A stretch of 12,919 bases of DNA from Campylobacterota bacterium. Its GTDB lineage: Bacteria > Campylobacterota > Campylobacteria > Campylobacterales > Arcobacteraceae. Below are positions 7,649 through 12,919 of this stretch, one piece after another (position 1 is the first letter of the stretch; the number at the start of each line of letters is the position of its first letter). The notes below the pieces were generated by a model, which worked only from the letters and a program-made list of their open reading frames with translations, ran no database searches and was not told where the DNA came from. The stretch spans positions 1 to 12,919 of the forward strand of contig JBNJFB010000061.1 of the NCBI GenBank assembly GCA_051746405.1, in the 5' to 3' direction. The position numbers were made by a program, and so were the translations under genes.

Positions 7649-7684
7649 AATACCCTAGTCTTAATTAGGCTTAGGTATTTTTTT
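7649..7684 (+). terminator. Intrinsic terminator after the 6892 ORF
   Basis: Imperfect stem AATACCCTAGTCT / AGGCTTAGGTATT followed by a T run ending at 7684. Confidence 0.65.
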
Positions 7685-7729
7685 GGAAAATTCTTTGTTT
7701 GTTTTATTTAAATTTAATAAACAACCTAT

Positions 7730-7735
7730 TATACT
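7730..7735 (+). promoter_or_regulatory. Candidate -10 box of the tRNA cluster
   Basis: TATACT lies 18 nt upstream of tRNA-Gln and is preceded by AT-rich periodic tracts. Confidence 0.5.
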
Positions 7736-7753
7736 TTCAGTCCAACAAAACAA

Positions 7754-7828
7754 TGGGGTATGGCCAAGCGGTAAGGCAACGGTTTTTGGTATCGTCATTC
7801 GGGGGTTCGAATCCCTCTACCCCAGCCA
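7754..7828 (+). tRNA. tRNA-Gln (anticodon UUG)
   Basis: Acceptor TGGGGTA/TACCCCA (U1-A72), anticodon arm ACGGT-TTTTGGT-ATCGT, T-loop TTCGAAT, GCCA end; 75 nt. Confidence 0.97.
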
Positions 7829-7842
7829 TAAAATCTTCTTAA

Positions 7843-7927
7843 GGTGAGGTTGGAGAGTGGTCAAATCCTGCGGATTGTAAATCCGCCGCCTACGGCTTCG
7901 AAGGTTCGAATCCTTCCCTCACCACCA
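7843..7927 (+). tRNA. tRNA-Tyr (anticodon GUA)
   Basis: Acceptor GGTGAGG/CCTCACC, anticodon arm GCGGA-TTGTAAA-TCCGC, long variable arm, ACCA end; 85 nt. Confidence 0.97.
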
Positions 7928-7938
7928 CTTAAATCAAT

Positions 7939-8014
7939 GGTTCGATAGCTCAGTCGGTAGAGCAATGGATTGAAAATCCATGTGTCGGCAGTTCGATTCT
8001 GCCTCGAACCACCA
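7939..8014 (+). tRNA. tRNA-Phe (anticodon GAA)
   Basis: Acceptor GGTTCGA/TCGAACC, D arm GCTC/GAGC, anticodon arm ATGGA-TTGAAAA-TCCAT, ACCA end; 76 nt. Confidence 0.97.
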
Positions 8015-8030
8015 TTGTTATTATGCACGT

Positions 8031-8118
8031 GCGAGTGTGGCGGAATAGGTAGACGCGTGGGACTTAAAATCCCATTCCAGTTTTTGGAGTGTGAGTTCGA
8101 TTCTCACCATTCGCACCA
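8031..8118 (+). tRNA. tRNA-Leu (anticodon UAA)
   Basis: Acceptor GCGAGTG/CATTCGC, anticodon arm TGGGA-CTTAAAA-TCCCA, long variable arm, ACCA end; 88 nt. Confidence 0.97.
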
Positions 8119-8218
8119 TATAACAAAACAATTTTGAATCTTTTTATTAATTATATCTCTTCTTCTATAACAAAAGTTTTATTTTTATATTTTTTTAAAC
8201 AACTATCAAACAATTTTT

Positions 8219-8249
8219 TGTTATACTATTTGTAACATCCAAAAAAGGA
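8219..8249 (+). promoter_or_regulatory. Extended -10 promoter and RBS of the signalling operon
   Basis: TG-T-TATACT at 8219-8227 and AAGGA at 8245-8249 before the GTG at 8256. Confidence 0.6.
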
Positions 8250-8255
8250 ATCCTT

Positions 8256-9302
8256 GTGAATCTTGAAAATATGAATATTGTCTCAATCGATGATAATGAA
8301 AACAATCTTTTTTTAATTGAAGCTTTTTGTCAAGAGCTTAACTTAAATGTAAAGAGTTTTTCTAAACCACTTGATGCACTACTTTATGTCTTAAATAAAG
8401 AAAATCAAATAGATATGATACTTATTGACTATATGATGCCACAGTTAAATGGTTTAGAGTTTATAAAAGAGTATAGAAAAAACAATAAAAAAGTTCCAAT
8501 AATTATGATAACAGCTGCAAATGATGAAAATGTTCATACAGAAGCATTTACTCAAGGTGCAAATGATTTTCTAAATAAACCTGTAAATGCAACACTTTTT
8601 AAAGCTAGAGTAAATAATCTTTTAAACCTATATAAAAACAGCTTACTATTAGAAAACAGAGCTCAACATCTTGAAAGTGAAGTAAATAAAGCTACACAAA
8701 ACCTAATAAATAGAGAGCATGAAACCCTTAGAGTCCTTGGAAAAACAGCAGAATACAAAGACCCCGAAACAGCTTCGCACGTATCAAGAGTTGCTTACTA
8801 CTCAAGAATGTTAGCAAGAGAGCATAAGCTAAGCTTAAAAGAGCAAGATTTGATTTTCTATGCTGCTCCATTCCATGACTTAGGTAAAGTTGGTATTGAA
8901 GATAAAATACTACTTAAACCAGGTAAACTAGATGATGATGAGTATGAAATAATGAAACAGCATGCTAGCATAGGATATGAGATACTTAAAGACTCCCAAA
9001 GTGAATATTTAAAAGCAGGTGCAACTATAGCAATGCAACATCATGAGAAGTTTGATGGCAGTGGATATCCAAATGGTAAAAAAGGTGAAGAGATTCATAT
9101 CTTTGGAAGAATTGTTGCCATTGTTGATGTATTTGATGCACTTACTTCAAACAGACCATATAAAAAAGCATGGAGTTTCCAAGAGGCTTTAGACTTATTA
9201 AATAATGAAAAAGGGAAGCATTTTGACCCTTTGTTAGTTGATTTATTTATGAAAAATATAAATGAAGTAAAAGATATATATAAATCTTTTGATTTGCAAT
9301 AA
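8256..9302 (+). CDS. Response regulator with REC + HD-GYP domain (cyclic di-GMP phosphodiesterase, RpfG-like)
   Basis: REC domain (IDD, phospho-acceptor D58 in LIDYMMP, MITA, FLNKP), then EYKDPET..H..RV, HDLGK, HHEKFDGSGYP and DVFDALTSNRPYK. Confidence 0.95.
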   Translation: MNLENMNIVSIDDNENNLFLIEAFCQELNLNVKSFSKPLDALLYVLNKENQIDMILIDYMMPQLNGLEFIKEYRKNNKKVPIIMITAANDENVHTEAFTQGANDFLNKPVNATLFKARVNNLLNLYKNSLLLENRAQHLESEVNKATQNLINREHETLRVLGKTAEYKDPETASHVSRVAYYSRMLAREHKLSLKEQDLIFYAAPFHDLGKVGIEDKILLKPGKLDDDEYEIMKQHASIGYEILKDSQSEYLKAGATIAMQHHEKFDGSGYPNGKKGEEIHIFGRIVAIVDVFDALTSNRPYKKAWSFQEALDLLNNEKGKHFDPLLVDLFMKNINEVKDIYKSFDLQ

Positions 9303-9319
9303 AGAGAATAGAGAATATT

Positions 9320-12316
9320 ATGAAAAAACTAATTCAACCTCTTTTTAACCCTTATATAGGTCCTATAATAGTTATCTCTTTCATTGTAGCTTACTTAGTG
9401 GCTTTTATAATTCCCACTTACTCTTTAGAGAATAAAAAAGAGCAAATGACTCAAAAAGCTGTAAATACAATAAATAACTTAAAAAAAACAAGAAGTTACT
9501 ATACAAATAATGTAATTAATGATGTAAAAAAAAGTAGCAACTTAAAAATAAACTATGACCACGATAACAAAGAAGATACTATACCTTTACCCGCTACTTT
9601 AGTTCATGATTTAAGCAATATTCTAACAGAAGAGAATATGGAAATAAAAATGTATAGCAACTACCCTTTTCCAAATAGAAAAGATAGAGTTTTAAGCAAG
9701 CATGAAAAACAGTCACTATCTTGGCTTATTAATAACCCAAATAAAACCTTCACAAGAACTATCACACAAAACAATAAAAAGGTTTTTAAAGTAGCTGTTT
9801 CAGATGTATTTTATAATGAAAGTTGTGTACAGTGTCATAATACAAGAGCCGATACACCAAAAAATGATTGGGAAATAGGCGATGTTAGAGGTATAATTGA
9901 AGTTAGCTTACCTATTAAAGAAGGATTTATTTTATCAGGTAAACAAACAATATATATGATTGCTACACTAATAGTATTTATTTTAGCACTTGGAATTCAC
10001 TATACAGTTATATCATATATTAGACAAAAAGATTACAAAAAAAACAGAGAAAAGCTTGAAAAAGAGGTTCAACTTAGAACAAAAGATTTAAAAGACTCTA
10101 ATATACTATTAAATCAGTATAAAAAAGCAGTTGACACTAGTGCAATAGTATCTAAAACCAATAAAAAAGGGATAATAACCTATGTAAATGAAGAGTTTAT
10201 GAAAATTTCAAAGTACTCACAAGAAGAGTTAATAGGCAAAAATCATAATATTATTAGACATCCTGAAATGAGTAATGAGTTTTTCAAAAATCTATGGGAT
10301 ACTTTAAATAGTAAAAAAATATGGAAAGGAAAGATTAAAAACAAAGCAAAAGATGGTACAGTCTATTATGTGGCATCTACTATTGTTCCTATATTAAATA
10401 GTAACAATGAGATTGAAGAGTTTTTAGCTATTAGATTAGATATTACAGACGTTATTAACTCACAAATAAAAGCCCAAAGAGCAGACCAAGCAAAATCTAC
10501 ATTTCTAGCAAATATAAGTCATGAGATTAGAACACCTCTAAATGCAATAATAGGCTTTTCAAGTATCTTATGTAAATCAAAAAACCTTGATATTTCAAGT
10601 AAAAAACAAGCAAATATAATACAAACAAGTGCAAACTCACTTCTTGGAATTATAAATGATATTTTGGATATTTCAAAAATAGAGAGTGGAAACTTTGAAA
10701 TGGCTATAGAAAATACTGATATTTACTATGTAAGTGAACATGTGGTTGAACTATTTTCTAAAAGAGCTGTAGAGAAGCATCTTAAACTTATATTTAATCT
10801 AGACCATAAAGTACCTTTATGCATACAAACTGATGGAGTTAGAATAAGACAAGTTTTATCAAATCTTTTAAGCAATGCCATAAAATTCACACCCGAACAC
10901 GGAAAAGTATATTTAAATATCACACAAGTAAAACTTGAAAATAACATAAGTACTATTAGGTTTGAAGTAGTTGACACTGGAATTGGTATCCCAAAAGAGA
11001 AATTAGAAAATGTATTTAAACCATTTGTTCAAATTGACCACAAATCAAATAGACAGTTTGAGGGTACGGGACTAGGTCTTAGTATATGTACACATATAGT
11101 AGAGTCACTTGGTTCTAAAATCAATATTGAAAGTGAAGTTGGTACAGGCACTAAGTTTTGGTTTGATTTATCTTTTAATACCTGTGATGATTTCCACTAC
11201 TCAACTAGACAAAAGGCTACAAAAATAAACTTTATTATTGATGATAGTAGTAGTGATTTATACCACTATGCTAAAAGGTATTTAATGTCACTTGGAACAA
11301 TAAATCAAAACCAAAGTGATGCAAATAGTGTACATATACTAACAAAAAAAGATATTTCAAAAGATGATTTAAAACAACACAGAAAAAGCAGCTTCAATAC
11401 TTCTACTTTAGTTCTCTTTGAGTATGAAGACAATATTGACAAACTAGATTTAAAAGATAATGAAAAAGCTATAGCATTACCTTTTTATGCATCAAAAATA
11501 AATGATGCAATTCAAGAACTTCAAAGTTTATCAAGCTCTATGACTTGTATTGAAAATGAAGACTCAAATGAATCTTTTAATGCAAATATTTTAGTAGCAG
11601 AAGATAACATAGCAAATCAAGAGCTTATATCTTATATACTACAAGAGTTTAATCTTGATTTTGATTTAGCAAAAAATGGTAAAGAAGCCTTTGAGTTATT
11701 TGTACAAAACTCTTATGATATTGTCTTAATGGATATAAATATGCCTATTATGGATGGAATTGAATCTTTTAATAAAATAAAAGAGTATGAAAACTCTATG
11801 CAATTACACCATACCCCTATTGTAGCATTAACTGCAAATGCAATAAAAGGTGACAAAGAAAAATTCTTAAGTATGGGAATGGATGACTACTTAAGTAAAC
11901 CAATTAATACAGATGAATTAAAAACTATATTTAAAAAATTTGTAATAGATAAACAGTTAGATAGTAAAAACAGTGATGAAACCCAACAAACAGCTTTAGA
12001 AGAAGAGATTACCGTTTCACCTGAAGTTGTAGCATCTAAACTTGGAGTATCACAAACTATTGCTAATATGATTATAAATAAATTCAAAGAAGAGATTCAT
12101 AATGATTTAAAAGAGTTAGAAACATATATCCAAAAAGATGAAATTGAAAACAGAGCTAATAAAGCCCACTATATTAAAAACTCATGTTTAAACCTTGCCT
12201 TAGATGATATTTGTGAATTACTTCAAAAGCTTGAAGATAAAGAGTTATCTAATAACGATGTATTAAAATATTTTGACTCTATTTATAATAAGTTAAACAC
12301 AATGGCAAATAAATAA
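9320..12316 (+). CDS. Hybrid sensor histidine kinase: TM - periplasmic heme-c (DUF3365/Tll0287-like) - TM - PAS - HisKA - HATPase - degenerate REC - REC - Hpt
   Basis: Two hydrophobic segments flank PLPAT...YPFPNR...CVQCH (C169-H173)...GDVRG. PAS (GIITYVN...ELIGKNHNIIRHP), H-box SHEIRTPLNAI (H401), NLLSNAIKFT, DTGIGI, GTGLGL, REC VLMDINMP (D805), Hpt-like AHYIKNS (H950). Confidence 0.93.
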   Translation: MKKLIQPLFNPYIGPIIVISFIVAYLVAFIIPTYSLENKKEQMTQKAVNTINNLKKTRSYYTNNVINDVKKSSNLKINYDHDNKEDTIPLPATLVHDLSNILTEENMEIKMYSNYPFPNRKDRVLSKHEKQSLSWLINNPNKTFTRTITQNNKKVFKVAVSDVFYNESCVQCHNTRADTPKNDWEIGDVRGIIEVSLPIKEGFILSGKQTIYMIATLIVFILALGIHYTVISYIRQKDYKKNREKLEKEVQLRTKDLKDSNILLNQYKKAVDTSAIVSKTNKKGIITYVNEEFMKISKYSQEELIGKNHNIIRHPEMSNEFFKNLWDTLNSKKIWKGKIKNKAKDGTVYYVASTIVPILNSNNEIEEFLAIRLDITDVINSQIKAQRADQAKSTFLANISHEIRTPLNAIIGFSSILCKSKNLDISSKKQANIIQTSANSLLGIINDILDISKIESGNFEMAIENTDIYYVSEHVVELFSKRAVEKHLKLIFNLDHKVPLCIQTDGVRIRQVLSNLLSNAIKFTPEHGKVYLNITQVKLENNISTIRFEVVDTGIGIPKEKLENVFKPFVQIDHKSNRQFEGTGLGLSICTHIVESLGSKINIESEVGTGTKFWFDLSFNTCDDFHYSTRQKATKINFIIDDSSSDLYHYAKRYLMSLGTINQNQSDANSVHILTKKDISKDDLKQHRKSSFNTSTLVLFEYEDNIDKLDLKDNEKAIALPFYASKINDAIQELQSLSSSMTCIENEDSNESFNANILVAEDNIANQELISYILQEFNLDFDLAKNGKEAFELFVQNSYDIVLMDINMPIMDGIESFNKIKEYENSMQLHHTPIVALTANAIKGDKEKFLSMGMDDYLSKPINTDELKTIFKKFVIDKQLDSKNSDETQQTALEEEITVSPEVVASKLGVSQTIANMIINKFKEEIHNDLKELETYIQKDEIENRANKAHYIKNSCLNLALDDICELLQKLEDKELSNNDVLKYFDSIYNKLNTMANK

Positions 12317-12338
12317 AAGAGCCAAGAGCTTAAGAGAC

Positions 12339-12379
12339 TCCCACTGTTTGTGCTTAAAAAATATGCATAAGCAGTAGGA
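12339..12379 (+). other. Stem-loop between convergent genes (terminator or structured RNA element)
   Basis: TCC-C-ACTGTTTGTGC / 11-nt loop / GCATAAGCAGT-A-GGA: an 11-bp stem with two G-U pairs, plus 3 bp after a mismatch. Confidence 0.55.
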
Positions 12380-12445
12380 TAATTAAAATATATATGAAAT
12401 CAAGTTACCACTCCAAGTATCATCATCTACATACAGTTCCATAAT

Positions 12446-12919
12446 TTAAGCCCCCATCACAAGCAACTCATCAATCTCTTTATCCCATACTTTCTCATCC
12501 CAGTTTTTTTGACTAGCTCTATCAAAGATGATTAGCACTCCCTCACTAGCATCTACTTTATCCATGTACTCTTTGGTTTGAGTTACTCCTAGTTTTATTG
12601 TCTCATCTAGGTTTGAGTATAGTATTTTGGTCTCTATTACTATGTGTTGCATCTCTCCAAAGAAACCTTTAGAAGTAGTAGGCCACTCTATAAAAATATC
12701 TGTTCTACCACGACCTAATGCATACTCTCTATGGATTCTTCCTCCACCATTTATAATACGCTGTAAAAAAGCTTGAAGTAGTAGCTGTGGTCCTGCTTCT
12801 TTGTACTGAAACTTCTCTAGCCAACTATCTGCATTTTTTCTAAAAAATGCTTGAAAAGCTAATAGTAGTTTTTTTGTATTTATTGTATTGTCTTGATTTA
12901 TATACCACTCTTGTTCTTG
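12446..12919 (-). CDS. 3' part (partial) of a protein with a C-terminal PD-(D/E)XK nuclease domain, probably an AAA-like ATPase-nuclease fusion
   Basis: The frame is open from the window edge to TAA at 12446-12448 (157 aa): QEQEWYINQD...AFQAFFRKNADSWLEKFQYKEAGPQLLLQAFLQRIINGGGRIHREYALGRGRTDIFIEW...HIVIETK...GVTQTKEYMD...GVLIIFDR. The E...D...ExK...Q...Y nuclease pattern is present. The listed 68-aa ORF is only its tail. Confidence 0.85.
   Translation of the reverse strand, partial: QEQEWYINQDNTINTKKLLLAFQAFFRKNADSWLEKFQYKEAGPQLLLQAFLQRIINGGGRIHREYALGRGRTDIFIEWPTTSKGFFGEMQHIVIETKILYSNLDETIKLGVTQTKEYMDKVDASEGVLIIFDRASQKNWDEKVWDKEIDELLVMGA

Noticed and set aside
10726..12087. Minus-strand ORFs 10726-10977 and 11887-12087
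   Set aside because: Antisense shadows within the histidine kinase.
12446..12652. 68-aa stand-alone ORF
   Set aside because: The frame stays open to the window edge, so the Met at 12652 is internal to a longer gene.
1..12919. Selenoprotein (UGA read-through), CRISPR array, integrase or transposase
   Set aside because: No called CDS ends in or is extended by an in-frame TGA. I saw no regularly spaced direct repeats and no recombinase or transposase motifs.

Overview
AT-rich bacterial DNA; composition, AAGGA ribosome-binding sites and TGnTAnAAT-type promoters suggest Campylobacterota, probably Arcobacteraceae (inference). From left to right: (1) the last 8 codons of a probable RelE/YafQ-type toxin gene; (2) a selenocysteine-incorporation locus with tRNA-Sec (selC, minus strand, non-canonical fold) divergent from selA-selB; (3) a convergent BCCT-family, probably glycine-betaine, transporter; (4) a compact UvrD/FBH1-like SF1 helicase that appears leaderless; (5) a 248-aa hypothetical protein with a degenerate DUF1643/UDG-like motif pattern; (6) a four-tRNA cluster (Gln-UUG, Tyr-GUA, Phe-GAA, Leu-UAA); (7) a two-gene phosphorelay made of a REC-HD-GYP phosphodiesterase and a hybrid histidine kinase with a periplasmic CxxCH heme-c sensor, PAS, REC and Hpt domains; (8) the 3' end of a minus-strand gene with a C-terminal PD-(D/E)XK nuclease domain that runs off the window. 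The best candidates for something undescribed are the helicase/UDG-like pair, the heme-c-sensing c-di-GMP relay and the atypical tRNA-Sec. All family assignments come from motif recognition by eye; no database searches were run.
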